The notes under the pieces were generated by a model that had not been told where the DNA came from, did no database searches, and saw only the letters and a list, made by a program, of their open reading frames with translations. Below are positions 18,671-29,658 of a stretch of DNA of 64,000 nt, one piece after another; positions within the stretch are counted from its first letter, which is position 1; each line of letters opens with the position of its first letter. Where the stretch lies: assembly GCA_965237525.1 (NCBI GenBank), contig CBDEFO010000006.1, positions 128,001-192,000 of the forward strand, in the 5' to 3' direction. The translations under genes were made by a program, and so were the position numbers. This stretch comes from Candidatus Latescibacterota bacterium. Its GTDB lineage: Bacteria > Latescibacterota > CBDEFO01.

Positions 18671-19835
18671 TCAAATACCGGCCAGCGCTTGATCCACGAC
18701 TTGTCCCGCCACAGACCAAACCATTGCCTTCCAGTCTTCCTTGTCCGGATAAAATACGCGCCGCAATTCTGCCTTTATCTCTTGGGAGCGTGAGTCGTGA
18801 GGATCCCCGTGATGATGAAGCCAGTTTTCTGCCCGCAGTGCTCTAAAAACTTCCATCAGCGGCGAAGTACCGTATTCCAGGCTTACTGCTGTAACTTCTG
18901 CATTTGGAAGCATTTTGGGAAAAGCAACTTTCAATGGGCCTGAAATAGGGGTGGAAACTGACTTACCTGCCACTGTTGATCTTACCCTTTCCGTTCCCCA
19001 CATCGCCTCAGCACGCTTGTAAGCAGGCGATTCTTCCCGAGACATTCAATATGATCTCGCCGTTTCCGTATTTTCCGAGACCTGTATGGAAATCGATTAC
19101 AACTACACGATCCGCATTTGAAAGAAAGCGATCAGCAATGAACCGAATAGTTTTGTTCGACCAGGTTTCAAACCTGCCTCCGTAAAAGAGACCTTCCGGA
19201 TGTGAATACTGACCGCCGCTTACTGCTTTCACCGCAGCTTTTCCGTTTCTTACCCAGTACCACACGAGATGAGACCTGGAAACGGCTTCGGACCAGAAAG
19301 AAATGGATTTAGGTGCAATAACGTCCGCCAGCTTCTCATATCCCGGATTTCCTGGATAAGGCTTTGAATGATCTATAAAGTTGCGGTTTAAATCGATATT
19401 ATCCTCATTGAACCTTCGCAGGTGGGCAAATCCGTAGGGATTTATGGCATGGATCATTACGATGCTCAAATCGGGTTTCAGACGTGATGCAATCCCTTCG
19501 CGCAGAAGCCCTGTCTGAATGCCCGAGCCGCAAAAAGCCTCCACGCCGTGTGTTCCGGAGCTCAACACGAGAATGCTCTTGGCATCCTTCGGCCCTATTA
19601 CGGCGACATCGGTAAAGAGTTGTTCACTTTCCGGTCCGGTATTAGGGTTTTCGAAACTCTCAACGCTGGCACCCACCCCCTGGACAGCGAGAAGGAACTT
19701 TCCTCGAGCCTCTTTAAAACTTGATGAGAAATATTCCATCGCTTTTACGTTTTCAATCCCCTCTTGTGCTTGCGCGCAGGCGCCCCAGATATTAGTGCCC
19801 AAGACCACGATACTTAATATGATTCTGCTATTCAT
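18671..19835 (-). pseudogene. DUF2817 / M14-like zinc peptidase, frameshifted near 19040
   Basis: SGTHGVE, HAINPYGF, RRFNEDNIDLNRNF, DFHTGLG; continues in another frame with LEYGT...LRAENWLH. Confidence 0.8.
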
Positions 19836-20010
19836 GGAATATACCTTGTCCCGTAGAAAGATCGTGTGTATCGATGGATGTATGTAAATTGAGGTGAGGT
19901 TGAGTGGTGTTCTTGCTCCCTTATGGTTTTCTCATCACACAGGGAAGAACATGGCGCGTAATTTGTTTACTTCCTCATTATTACAGGAATCCCTGTCAGG
20001 TGACGTTGCT

Positions 20011-20211
20011 TTATAGGCTGATTGAGAGTGGTCTTTGTCCCTTTAGTGCGCTCACTTTCAGGATGGAAAAACCGATAGTGTTTCCCTCCTGGTCAACTTT
20101 TGCCATTACTGCATCGTTTTCCGTCTCCCTGAAGTACCCGGCCTTTGGCTCAAAGATGACTTCAAGGTAGTCTCCTTCTTTATCATACCAGATTTTTATC
20201 TCTTTGTCCAA
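20011..20211 (-). CDS. DUF2283-like small protein (putative antitoxin)
   Basis: IWYDKEGDYLEV...MAKVDQEGNTIGFSIL. Confidence 0.75.
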   Translation of the reverse strand: MDKEIKIWYDKEGDYLEVIFEPKAGYFRETENDAVMAKVDQEGNTIGFSILKVSALKGQRPLSISL

Positions 20212-20274
20212 AGTAGCTCACCTATACAGGGAGGGGTCGAGGCGCCCTACCTCATACCTACACTCAGGTGGTCT

Positions 20275-21609
20275 TCACTTTATCAACAGAAGCTTCCTCG
20301 TTTTCACAAATTCACTCGTTTCAAGTCTGTACACGTAAACCCCTGAACTCACGCTCTGTCTCAAGTTATCTTTCCCATCCCAGGTAACGGATCTATACCC
20401 CGCTGTCTGAGTTTCATTCACTAAGGTTCTGACCTCCTGTCCGAGCAGGTCGTAAATTTTCAGTACAGCCCCTGTTGATTTCGGCAATTCGTATCCTATG
20501 GTTGTTGTGGGATTAAAAGGGTTTGGATGATTCTGGTACAGGACGTACTCGGACGGTATAAGAGTCTCATCAACATCCACCACTGCCGTAGGTCCGCTCT
20601 GGGAAAGATTGTTCAATGACCATATGTCGGCAAGGAGCACGCCTCCTTCGGCGCTCCCTCCAAAGATCACCATACGGTCTTCGGATTCGACGTAGATCGC
20701 TGTAGCACCATCCCGCGGCTGGGGTGGACTCCCCGAAGCTGCCAATTCGTCCCAGCTATTCGCCCTCAAATCGAATGCCCATGCCTTGTTTGATCTCCCT
20801 ACATTGCCGCCCACATTTCCGCCAAAAGTGATAACCCGATGGTTCTTGGCATCGTAAATATTCGTTGCAAAGTAGCGACCTTCAGGACTCTCTTCCGGAG
20901 TCAAATCCGACCAGTTCTCTTGACTTAAATCGAATGCCCAGATATCTCCCAGCGCCCCCGAACTTTGACCACCGTACATGATCATACGGCCCCCAGAGGC
21001 GTCGTAGCTGGCCGAATGCAGACAACGTTTGAGTGGACTTACTTCAGAGGGGCTGATATCAGTCCAGGAAACGCTCTCTACATCGAATCTCCAGGTATCG
21101 TTGAAGCGTCCTTCGTTCGTAAATCCGGCAAAAGTCACTAAACTTCTTGATGCTGGATCAAAGATAGATGCTGCTCCATAACGGATGTTAGGTTTAGAAT
21201 CCGGGGGATCAAATTCAGTCCAGGTTTCGTCGGTTAGATCAAATGTCCAGACATCATTAAAGAAGGCGGTTCCCTGACCGGACCACATAATCATCTGATG
21301 ACGTTCCGGGTCGTAAACACTAACTGGAGTAAATCTTGGGGCAGGAGCAGTTCCAGCAGAAGGCGTAATCTGTGACCAGCGCTCGGAATTCAAATCAAAT
21401 GACCAGACGTCATTTAGATCTCCCGAGGAGCCTTTGCCGCCAAAGATAATCATTCGATGATCCAAGGGATCATAAATTGCTGTGGAATTTGTTCTTGCTG
21501 GTGTCTCGGCGTCTACAGGGGTTATCTCCACCCAATCTTGAGCATAACTCATCTTGTTTAACATAGCAAAACCGAATACGAGAGTGATAGATATTATCCG
21601 GGATATCAT
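20275..21609 (-). CDS. Secreted Kelch-repeat beta-propeller with FlgD/T9SS-like C-terminal domain
   Basis: Repeated MIIFGG...NDVWSFD units; LYQNHPNPFNPTTTIGYEL...SGVYVYRL...RKLLLIK. RBS GGAGG before ATG 21609. Confidence 0.88.
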   Translation of the reverse strand: MISRIISITLVFGFAMLNKMSYAQDWVEITPVDAETPARTNSTAIYDPLDHRMIIFGGKGSSGDLNDVWSFDLNSERWSQITPSAGTAPAPRFTPVSVYDPERHQMIMWSGQGTAFFNDVWTFDLTDETWTEFDPPDSKPNIRYGAASIFDPASRSLVTFAGFTNEGRFNDTWRFDVESVSWTDISPSEVSPLKRCLHSASYDASGGRMIMYGGQSSGALGDIWAFDLSQENWSDLTPEESPEGRYFATNIYDAKNHRVITFGGNVGGNVGRSNKAWAFDLRANSWDELAASGSPPQPRDGATAIYVESEDRMVIFGGSAEGGVLLADIWSLNNLSQSGPTAVVDVDETLIPSEYVLYQNHPNPFNPTTTIGYELPKSTGAVLKIYDLLGQEVRTLVNETQTAGYRSVTWDGKDNLRQSVSSGVYVYRLETSEFVKTRKLLLIK

Positions 21610-21857
21610 AGTTTCCTCCATATTTCCTTGTTCCGGCGTGGTGGCCACGTAGGGGCTCCTCGAAGAGCTAGCTCCTTTGACCCAGAGTCAAAGCACTTCG
21701 TTCCCGCAGCCGCGCAACTGTCTGTTGTGTATGGGTTATCCTGACATGAGTTATCCGGGCTTCGACTTTCGTACCATTGGGAAAACTCCAACATCTCTCT
21801 TTGCCCAAATATCTGAGGCATCACAGTTCGGCCCTTTCGAGACTGCAGTTATCGCCA

Positions 21858-21970
21858 AATCTAATGCTCCATTTTACTTTTGTCAATAGGAATCAATGGA
21901 AATCTTGAAGGTACGTAACCTCGATACAGTCAATTTAATCTTTGACAACCTGCTTTACATTTATTACATT
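21858..21970. promoter_or_regulatory. Divergent sigma70-like promoters
   Basis: Minus: TTGACA(21886)-17-TAGATT. Plus: TTGACA(21942)-17-TACATT. Confidence 0.55.
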
Positions 21971-22028
21971 ATAGATAGTAGGAATACCTTCTTTCCTGCT
22001 ATCTGCAATTCCTAAAGAGGAGATTATC

Positions 22029-22529
22029 ATGAGGAGAATTATGCAATGTTCGGTTGTGCTATTGATCATCCAGATTGCACCGCTCGTTGATAATGCACTT
22101 GCTCAGAGCATAGAAAGAGGCCAAACAGGTACCCCATCCTATTACAGACTAGCGCCGGGGCTCGATGATATGTTGACGATAGATGTCAATGTATGGGGCG
22201 AGGTCAGTCGCCCGGGCAGATACACCGTCCCGGACTATACCGATCTACTGTCCTTACTGTCCTTTGCAGGAGAACCTACAGATGACGCAAAACTCGATAA
22301 AATAAAGATAATAAGGACTCTGGACGGCAGGGAAGAGGTCATACATATAGACTTGAAAAGATTTCTCGCAACGGCCGATGCAAATCTCATACCACCCTTA
22401 CTGCCAGAGGATACTATTATACTTCCCTATAGTTCTTCCAAGGGATGGAGAAGAGTTGTAACGATTATATCAAGCGTAAGTTCGGTCATCAGTCTGGCTG
22501 TGCTTATCGTATCGGTATCAACAAGATAG
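22029..22529 (+). CDS. SLBB-domain (polysaccharide export-like) protein
   Basis: VNVWGEVSRPGRYTVP...LLSFAG...LLPEDTIILP; signal peptide and C-terminal hydrophobic helix. Confidence 0.8.
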   Translation: MRRIMQCSVVLLIIQIAPLVDNALAQSIERGQTGTPSYYRLAPGLDDMLTIDVNVWGEVSRPGRYTVPDYTDLLSLLSFAGEPTDDAKLDKIKIIRTLDGREEVIHIDLKRFLATADANLIPPLLPEDTIILPYSSSKGWRRVVTIISSVSSVISLAVLIVSVSTR

Positions 22530-22614
22530 TGGATAGTGGGTAGGGCAGTCTGCCTATCCCTTCAGATATGTAGGGGCGAACACATGGGTTCGCCCAGCAG
22601 GAAGTAGATAGGGC

Positions 22615-23568
22615 ATGAAAATAGAGGAAAAGGCATACGCAAAGTTAAACTTGGGTGTCAAGATCAAAGGAAAACGCAAGGACGGCTATCACGACATAGC
22701 CTCGGTCCTTCAGACCATAGACCTATGCGATCTTTTGATCTTAGAAGAGATCCCCTCCGGGGAAATAGAGATAGTCTGCTCCGATCCGAGACTTCCGACC
22801 GATTCCCAGAATCTTGTCCATAAGGCGCTCTCCAGTCTCAAAGATGCCCTGAAGATAAGAAGGGGCGTCTCGGTAACGATACAAAAGAACATTCCGAAGA
22901 CCGCGGGACTCGGGGGAGGAAGTTCAGATGCCGCTGCCGCTCTAAGAGCTGCCAACAGGCTCTGGGCTTTGGGCCTCGATTACGAGGGACTCTTCCAATT
23001 AGCGTCTGGTGTGGGCTCAGATGTGCCCTTTTTCCTGCAGCCCGGGACAGCCATCGCATCGGGAAGGGGTCAGATCCTGAACTATATCTCCTGGAGCGAC
23101 GACGCCTTCTACGTCCTGGTCTACCCTGGGATCCAGATTTCGACCGCCTGGGCGTACCAAGAGATAGATCGAAAGAAAATTGCCACGGAGTCAACGTTTG
23201 ACTTGACAAAAGATACAAAATATGTTAGCTTTTTAGATTCTATGCTTGCTAATAAGTACGGCACAAGGTGTTTGTACGAACACCTTGAAAACGACTTTGA
23301 AGACGTAGTCTACCAGACCTATCCCGAAATCTTTAAGATAAAGGAAGAGCTGACCTCCTGCGGGGCATTAAGTGCCTCCCTTTCGGGGAGCGGCTCGACC
23401 GTGTATGGGATATTTGGATCACAAGATGATGCCCAAAGAGCCGAAGATCGGCTGAAAGCGGATACTTTCTGGTCGAAAAGTTGCTCGGTCGTCCAATGGC
23501 AGGACTACGGCCTTTGGAGCCGTCTATCGAGGTTCGAATCCTCGCCGAGCAGCCACATTATTAAGTAG
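22615..23568 (+). CDS. ispE: 4-diphosphocytidyl-2-C-methyl-D-erythritol kinase
   Basis: AYAKLNL, RKDGYHDI, AGLGGGSSDAAA, GSDVPFF, LENDFE, SLSGSGSTVYG. Confidence 0.97.
   Translation: MKIEEKAYAKLNLGVKIKGKRKDGYHDIASVLQTIDLCDLLILEEIPSGEIEIVCSDPRLPTDSQNLVHKALSSLKDALKIRRGVSVTIQKNIPKTAGLGGGSSDAAAALRAANRLWALGLDYEGLFQLASGVGSDVPFFLQPGTAIASGRGQILNYISWSDDAFYVLVYPGIQISTAWAYQEIDRKKIATESTFDLTKDTKYVSFLDSMLANKYGTRCLYEHLENDFEDVVYQTYPEIFKIKEELTSCGALSASLSGSGSTVYGIFGSQDDAQRAEDRLKADTFWSKSCSVVQWQDYGLWSRLSRFESSPSSHIIK
23203..23231 (+). promoter_or_regulatory. Internal promoter in ispE, probably driving tRNA-Gln-rplY-pth
   Basis: TTGACA-17 nt-TAGCTT with TG extended -10. Confidence 0.55.
23482..23555 (+). tRNA. 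tRNA-Gln (TTG) with encoded CCA
   Basis: Acceptor TGCTCGG/CCGAGCA, anticodon arm ACGGC-CTTTGGA-GCCGT, T arm CGAGG-TTCGAAT-CCTCG, 3' GCCA. Confidence 0.96.
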
Positions 23569-23595
23569 ACAGCTGGAGATGGGAGAGGAGAGGAT

Positions 23596-24267
23596 ATGTC
23601 AGACATCGCTTTAAAAGTGGAGAAAAGAGATCGGTCCGGAAAACAGCTAGCCAAGAAATTAAGAAAAGATGGGAACGTGCCGGGAATCTATTACGGGCGG
23701 GCGGAAGAATCTGTCCCCTTTTCTGTTGACGTAAAAGAGCTTGAAACTCTTCTACATTCGGGAGGTAGAACGTCTGTAATAAATCTGATTATCGGCCGAA
23801 AAAGGTCGTCCATCCCCACCATAATTAAAGAGATTCAGCGCAATCCCATAACCGGTGATCTCCTACATTTGGACCTTATGCACGTCTCATTAACAGAGGA
23901 TCTTGAAGTCCAGATTCCCGTTCATACTGTGGGTGAGCCTGAGGGCGTAACAAATGAAGGTGGTGTCCTCCAGCACCTTGTCCACGAACTGACCTTGAGG
24001 TGCCTCCCAACCGAAATTCCCGATCACATAGAAATAGATGTGTCCCATCTTAGCATAGGCGACTCCATCCACGTTGAGGACCTGCTCCAGAAAGACGAAC
24101 GTATAACTACCGATTCTGATACGACGGTAGTTTCAGTGCTCCCGCCGACCGTCATTAAGGTAGAAGAAGAAGAAGAGGTCGAAGAGGAGGAGATATTAGA
24201 AGAGCCCGAATTAGTCGGAAGAGGACCCCGCGAGGAAGAAGAAGAGCAATCCGAGGAGGAAGGTTAG
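23596..24267 (+). CDS. rplY: 50S ribosomal protein L25/Ctc
   Basis: LRKDGNVPGIYYG, KEIQRNPITGDLLHLD, IPDHIEIDVSHLSIGDSIHV. Confidence 0.97.
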   Translation: MSDIALKVEKRDRSGKQLAKKLRKDGNVPGIYYGRAEESVPFSVDVKELETLLHSGGRTSVINLIIGRKRSSIPTIIKEIQRNPITGDLLHLDLMHVSLTEDLEVQIPVHTVGEPEGVTNEGGVLQHLVHELTLRCLPTEIPDHIEIDVSHLSIGDSIHVEDLLQKDERITTDSDTTVVSVLPPTVIKVEEEEEVEEEEILEEPELVGRGPREEEEEQSEEEG

Positions 24268-24268
24268 A

Positions 24269-24829
24269 TTGCATGTGGTCGTCGGGATGGGCAACCCGGG
24301 TAAGGAGTACGAAAATAACCGCCACAATTTGGGATTTAAAGTAGTAGACCTGCTGTCAGAGAATCTCAAGTGCCACTGGAGAACTGGCAGAGGGGAGTTT
24401 TTGATAGCACGGGGAAAGTTAGAAAGTTTCTCTTTTATTCTTGTCAAACCTCTCACCTTAATGAACAGAGGGGGAGTCGCCGTAAAAGAGTTAGTGTGGG
24501 ATTTGGACCTCGAATTAGACCGCCTTTTAGTAATCCTCGACGACCTTAATCTCCCCTTGGGCAAGATAAGACATCGGGCAAAAGGCAGCGACGGAGGACA
24601 CAGAGGGCTCTCCTCTGTGATCGAAAAGCTGCAATCGCAGGATTTCCCGCGCCTCAGGTTGGGCATAGGCGCTTCGCCCGACGGTATGGACACAGCCGAA
24701 TACGTCTTGAGCGATTTTCGTGACGACGAAGCCGACATAGTAGAAGCTATGATAAGAAGGTCCGCAGAAGCTGTAAAATGCTTCATCAAATGCGGCATCG
24801 AAGAAGCCATAAGCAGGTTTAACGGTTAG
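24269..24829 (+). CDS. pth: Peptidyl-tRNA hydrolase
   Basis: VGMGNPG...RHNLGF, KPLTLMN, GSDGGHRGL, RLRLGIG. Confidence 0.97.
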   Translation: MHVVVGMGNPGKEYENNRHNLGFKVVDLLSENLKCHWRTGRGEFLIARGKLESFSFILVKPLTLMNRGGVAVKELVWDLDLELDRLLVILDDLNLPLGKIRHRAKGSDGGHRGLSSVIEKLQSQDFPRLRLGIGASPDGMDTAEYVLSDFRDDEADIVEAMIRRSAEAVKCFIKCGIEEAISRFNG

Positions 24830-24941
24830 TAGACAGTCAACAGGGGCTTTTTTGTCCTCACAGGGCAGACACACGTGTTCGCCCGATTTAAGGGAAGAGA
24901 GGGACGGTCGCTCCCCTGTCTACTTGTAGAGTGGAGGGAAA

Positions 24942-26909
24942 ATGGCAATCACGGACTGGGCTCCGATATTAGGTGTTGCGGGGTTAATATTAGCTGGTTT
25001 GATCTATTGGTACATTAAAAGACAGCCGTCGGGCACAGACCTAATGGTGGAGATTTCAGACTTGATCCACACAGGCGCTATGGTGTTTCTAAAAAAGGAG
25101 TACCAGATACTATCTATATTCATAGTTATTGTATTTGCGCTTCTCTTTAAGTTTATAAATGAATTCACAGCGTTAGCCTTTATATGCGGGGCACTCTGTT
25201 CGATTTTAGCCGGGTTCTTCGGGATGAAGGCCGCCACAAGAGCAAACGTAAGGACCACCCAAGCGGCAAATCAAGAAGGGGAGTCCAAGGCGCTCCTTGT
25301 GGCGTTTGCGGGCGGATCTGTTATGGGACTTTCGGTGGCAAGCCTGGGGCTTATCGGGATAGGCATCTTCTTTATGCTATTTAAGGACACGGACCCATCG
25401 GTTATCACAGGCTTTGCTATGGGTGCAAGCTCGATTGCCCTCTTTGCAAGGGTCGGTGGAGGGATATACACTAAAAGTGCGGATATAGGTGCAGACCTGG
25501 TAGGAAAGCTGGAAGCCGGAATCCCAGAGGACGATCCCAGAAACCCCGGAGTCATAGCCGACAACGTGGGCGACTGCGTGGGGGATACCGCCGGAATGGG
25601 AGCCGACATATTCGAATCTTACGTGGGGTCGGTAATCGCCACTATCGTCATAGGGGCGACGATGAGCCCAGGGCTTGAGCATATGTCGTTCCCTATAATC
25701 GTGATTATGATCGGCCTTGTGGCATCTGGCATCGGGATACTATCTATAAAGGTCTTCGACAAGTTAAATCCCGCCTCGGTCTTAAGATATTCAACTTACA
25801 CAAGTGCCGTTTTGCTTTTGATAGCCGCCTATTACGTAATAAAGAGAATAGACGCCCTCGATATAAACGTCTATTGGGCCCTCCTTTCGGGATGTCTTGC
25901 GGGAGTCCTGATAGGATGGTTTACGGAGTACTATACATCTGGGAAACCCATAATAAGGATCGCTGAATCTTCCGAAAGCGGAGCTGCAACCAATATGATA
26001 ACTGGACTTGCGGTGGCTATGGAGAGCACCGTGCTCCCGGTACTGACTCTCTGCGCGGCGATATACGTGGCCTACAGATATGCAGGTCTCTACGGGATAG
26101 GGATATCTGCTGTGGGGATGCTCTCTACCGTGGGGATAACTATGTCTGTGGACGCTTACGGGCCGATAGCTGACAACGCCGGGGGCATAACCGAACAGGC
26201 GGGTCTGGGAGAGGATACGAGGAAGATCACCGACAGTCTCGACTCTTTAGGGAACACCACAGCCGCAATGGGAAAGGGCTTTGCGATAGGATCTGCGGCG
26301 CTGACTGCGCTTGCGCTCTTTTCCGCCTATACCAAAGCGGTGGATCTGACACAGATCAACATAGCCGACGCAGATGTGGTGATCGGCCTTTTTATCGGGG
26401 GCGTCATTCCCTTTCTGATCGCTGCACTGACAATGACCTCTGTGGGCAAGGCGGCCGATTTGATGGTCCAGGAGATCAGGAGACAGTTTCGAGAGATCCC
26501 CGGACTTATGGAGGGGAGCGCCAAACCCGACTCGGCAAGATGCGTGGCGATAAGCACCACCGCCGCTCTAAGGGAGATGATAGTCCCGGGAATAATCGCC
26601 GTGCTTTCGCCCGTTGTCGTAGGTTGGCTTTTAGGTCCTGAGTCCTTAGGCGGGATGCTTGCAGGTGCTACATTATCAGGCGTCCTTTTAGCGCTTATGA
26701 TGGCAAACGGAGGAGGCGCATGGGACAACGCAAAAAAATACATCGAAGAGGGAAATTTAGGGGGTAAAGGATCAGAGGCGCACAAAGCCGCTGTAGTCGG
26801 CGATACTGTCGGAGACCCATTCAAAGATACCTCAGGCCCCTCGATGAATATCCTAATCAAGCTTATGTCGGTGGTGTCGCTGGTGTTGGCGCCGCTCTTT
26901 ATCAAGTAG
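24942..26909 (+). CDS. hppA: Membrane-bound K+-dependent cation (Na+/H+)-translocating pyrophosphatase
   Basis: [34 protein letters not shown] (Ala indicates the K+-dependent type), [14 protein letters not shown]. Confidence 0.96.
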   Translation: MAITDWAPILGVAGLILAGLIYWYIKRQPSGTDLMVEISDLIHTGAMVFLKKEYQILSIFIVIVFALLFKFINEFTALAFICGALCSILAGFFGMKAATRANVRTTQAANQEGESKALLVAFAGGSVMGLSVASLGLIGIGIFFMLFKDTDPSVITGFAMGASSIALFARVGGGIYTKSADIGADLVGKLEAGIPEDDPRNPGVIADNVGDCVGDTAGMGADIFESYVGSVIATIVIGATMSPGLEHMSFPIIVIMIGLVASGIGILSIKVFDKLNPASVLRYSTYTSAVLLLIAAYYVIKRIDALDINVYWALLSGCLAGVLIGWFTEYYTSGKPIIRIAESSESGAATNMITGLAVAMESTVLPVLTLCAAIYVAYRYAGLYGIGISAVGMLSTVGITMSVDAYGPIADNAGGITEQAGLGEDTRKITDSLDSLGNTTAAMGKGFAIGSAALTALALFSAYTKAVDLTQINIADADVVIGLFIGGVIPFLIAALTMTSVGKAADLMVQEIRRQFREIPGLMEGSAKPDSARCVAISTTAALREMIVPGIIAVLSPVVVGWLLGPESLGGMLAGATLSGVLLALMMANGGGAWDNAKKYIEEGNLGGKGSEAHKAAVVGDTVGDPFKDTSGPSMNILIKLMSVVSLVLAPLFIK

Positions 26910-27122
26910 ATAGAATACAGACGTAGAGGCGAGGCCTGTCCCCGAATGACTCTATCGGGGATCTCTTGCTCCCAGCACTGGGTAATCCAGCCCCTACACT
27001 CATCTGTTGTAGGGGTAGACCCCTGTGTGTGCCCATGCCGTGCCCTGTCTACTGTCTACAAAACTCATTTCCCCTGGTTCTGAAGCATACATCAGAGCCC
27101 AATGTCCACAGGAGGATAAATA

Positions 27123-27614
27123 GTGAACAATTACGAAACCACGTTTATCATCGACGCAGAGTTAGAAAGCGCTCAAGTGGAGCAGAAGATCCAAAAGTTT
27201 GAAGACTTCCTGAAGTCGAACAAGGCCGAGATAATCAGACAGGAAAACTGGGGTACAAAAAGACTGGCATACCGGGTCAAAAAGAAGGGACAGGGCGTAT
27301 ATGCGTACGTCCTCTATAAGGCAGAGGGGACACTTATTAGCGATTTAGATACCCAGCTCCGCCTGGATCCTGATGTGCTGAGGCACTTGACCGTAACTTT
27401 GGATAAGAAAAAGATGGAGTACACCTTGAAGAATCCAAGGCGCACATCGTCAAGAGGAGTTTCCACCCAGAAGGAAACTAAGGAAGAAAAACGAGAGTCT
27501 GCAGAGGCAGTTCCTGCAGGTGAGCCAGCAGATCAGGACATTCAGCAAGAAAGCGAGGAAGAAACAGATGCCGACTCCAAGACGGAAGAAGAGTCTCAAG
27601 AAGAGGGACGATAA
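27123..27614 (+). CDS. rpsF: 30S ribosomal protein S6 with acidic tail
   Basis: [24 protein letters not shown]. Confidence 0.96.
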   Translation: MNNYETTFIIDAELESAQVEQKIQKFEDFLKSNKAEIIRQENWGTKRLAYRVKKKGQGVYAYVLYKAEGTLISDLDTQLRLDPDVLRHLTVTLDKKKMEYTLKNPRRTSSRGVSTQKETKEEKRESAEAVPAGEPADQDIQQESEEETDADSKTEEESQEEGR

Positions 27615-27648
27615 GTGGGAGAGTAAACTGGGTTCGAGAGGAAGAGGA

Positions 27649-27876
27649 ATGGGTCTGAGCAGGGCCAGAAAGCTATGCAGATTCTGTGAGAAAAAGGATG
27701 AATTAATCGACTATAAAGATATGCAGAGGCTGGCCAGATTCACTACAGACAGGGGCAAGATAATACCCAGAAGGACTTCGGGCACCTGCGCCAAACATCA
27801 GCGCGTGTTGGCATTGGCCATAAAAAGGGCAAGGCACCTGGCGCTGCTCCCGTTTGGGGTCGATAGCGTCGAGTAA
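27649..27876 (+). CDS. rpsR: 30S ribosomal protein S18 (Zn-binding C+ form)
   Basis: [40 protein letters not shown]. Confidence 0.97.
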   Translation: MGLSRARKLCRFCEKKDELIDYKDMQRLARFTTDRGKIIPRRTSGTCAKHQRVLALAIKRARHLALLPFGVDSVE

Positions 27877-27918
27877 CTGCTTAGGCCTTTGCTTTCAGCA
27901 TCCAGAGGTGATAATCCA

Positions 27919-28362
27919 ATGAAAGTTATTCTCAAAGAAGAGGTGGATAAGTTAGGCGAATCGGGAGAACTTGTAGACGTGTCCGACGGCTACGCCCGTA
28001 ATTACCTTATCCCCAGAAATCTGGCACTAGAAGCCACAAAGTCGAACATGGCGACTTACAAAGAGATCAGATCCCAAAGAGAACTCTCTTTAAGCATAGA
28101 AAAGAGGAACGCCGACCTTTTAGCCAAAGAGTTAGATTCGATCTCCTGCACAGCCATGGTAGCTGTGGGTGAACAGGACAGGGTCTTCGGATCGGTTACC
28201 AGCCAGACCATAGCGGAACTTTTGAAGGAAAAGGGCTTCGACATAGACCGCAAGAAAATAATGCTGGACGAACCCATAAAGGCCTTGGGAGTCTACACAG
28301 TGCCAATAAGGCTGCACACCGACACAGAGGGGAAACTGAAAGTCTGGGTAGTCAAAGAATAG
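27919..28362 (+). CDS. rplI: 50S ribosomal protein L9
   Basis: MKVILKEEVDKLG, DGYARNYLIP, FGSVT, PIKALGVY. Confidence 0.97.
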   Translation: MKVILKEEVDKLGESGELVDVSDGYARNYLIPRNLALEATKSNMATYKEIRSQRELSLSIEKRNADLLAKELDSISCTAMVAVGEQDRVFGSVTSQTIAELLKEKGFDIDRKKIMLDEPIKALGVYTVPIRLHTDTEGKLKVWVVKE

Positions 28363-28430
28363 TAAACAGTAGGCTGCATACAGTAGACAGCGGAAAGAGG
28401 ATGTTCTATCTACTCTTACTTGAAGTCATG

Positions 28431-28457
28431 CCCTGCGGATAGTCCGCAGGGTTTTTT
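28431..28457 (+). terminator. Intrinsic terminator after rplI
   Basis: CCCTGCGGA-TAG-TCCGCAGGG followed by T6. Confidence 0.85.
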
Positions 28458-28606
28458 ATTCCCTCTCCCAGTGTACGTCACATCTGATGGGGCTTTTTTG
28501 CTTGACAATCGCAGCGGGCAGAGGTATCTTAACTCCCAAAACCCCAATTTTCTGTCATTCCCATCCCCCGGACAAAGTAGCTCTCCACCTCTTTTTTGAT
28601 CTTGCC

Positions 28607-29473
28607 ATGAATGCCTCTACATTACTCAAAATCGCACTTGCGGCTTTAACAGTAATACTGTGCGGATGCCAAAGAAATCTCAAAAGATACTGGGAGGACG
28701 TATACGACAGGACGTTTATGATTGTGACAGAAGGGTCAGAAGATGGGGGAATCTACGTCCAGGCCACCTTCAGGACCTTCGCCTTTGAGATCGCAAGCTT
28801 GTGTCGAAAAGCAGAAAGAAAAAAATGGGACAGATCCGAGATAAACAGCAAGATAAGTCAGACTATCAAATCCTTCATAAACGCCGATTACCCCGAAACG
28901 GACGGCACGGACATAAATAACATATACTATCAATATCTAATATATGTGGACAGCTCACTGGATATATTCAATCCCATAGATATGCAAAAGTTCTTCAACT
29001 TTAAGAGACACTATGTGGATCGCCTCACAGATGAGATATACGACGTAAAGTATAACTTCCTGAGGAACCGCTACGAGGAAAGATGGGGATACGCCCTGTA
29101 CAGCAGACTTGTCTTTTCAGTACATCTGGAAAACAGAATTGCTAAAACAGCCCCCTATATAAGGTGGATAGGGAGAAATACCTTTTTAGTGGACGATAAG
29201 GACAATAGATATCCCCCCAGCGGGGTAGACGACCCCTATCCGTACAGATTCGACAGACCCCGCTCTGATAGACTCCACGATACCGACGACTACAGGGTCT
29301 TCTTCCCAAATAAGACAAAGGACGGAAAGCCCATCATAGACAGCGATACGAAGTTCATCAAACTTGTCATCCAGGACCTGGGAGACGTTGCCCAGAGGGA
29401 GTTTGTATGGGACCTCCCTTTGAGCTATCCCATAGTCCAGAGAGACATGCTGCCCAAGGATAGTAGACAGTAA
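28607..29473 (+). CDS. Hypothetical lipoprotein
   Basis: MNASTLLKIALAALTVILCGC lipobox; promoter-like TTGACA-17-TATCTT at ~28502. Confidence 0.65.
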   Translation: MNASTLLKIALAALTVILCGCQRNLKRYWEDVYDRTFMIVTEGSEDGGIYVQATFRTFAFEIASLCRKAERKKWDRSEINSKISQTIKSFINADYPETDGTDINNIYYQYLIYVDSSLDIFNPIDMQKFFNFKRHYVDRLTDEIYDVKYNFLRNRYEERWGYALYSRLVFSVHLENRIAKTAPYIRWIGRNTFLVDDKDNRYPPSGVDDPYPYRFDRPRSDRLHDTDDYRVFFPNKTKDGKPIIDSDTKFIKLVIQDLGDVAQREFVWDLPLSYPIVQRDMLPKDSRQ

Positions 29474-29658
29474 TCAGGTTTAGGAGCTTCACAGCAAACT
29501 TGCATCTTGGCATCGTTGGTAGCTTTCATCAAAGTTGAGATATGTAGCTTAAGAGAGCACATAAGCTGCTATAAACAAAAAGGATGGATTCCCTGAATTG
29601 CCATCACATAATACCTGAATCGAGCAGACGCGGACATTTCATATGAAAGAGGGGAGGA

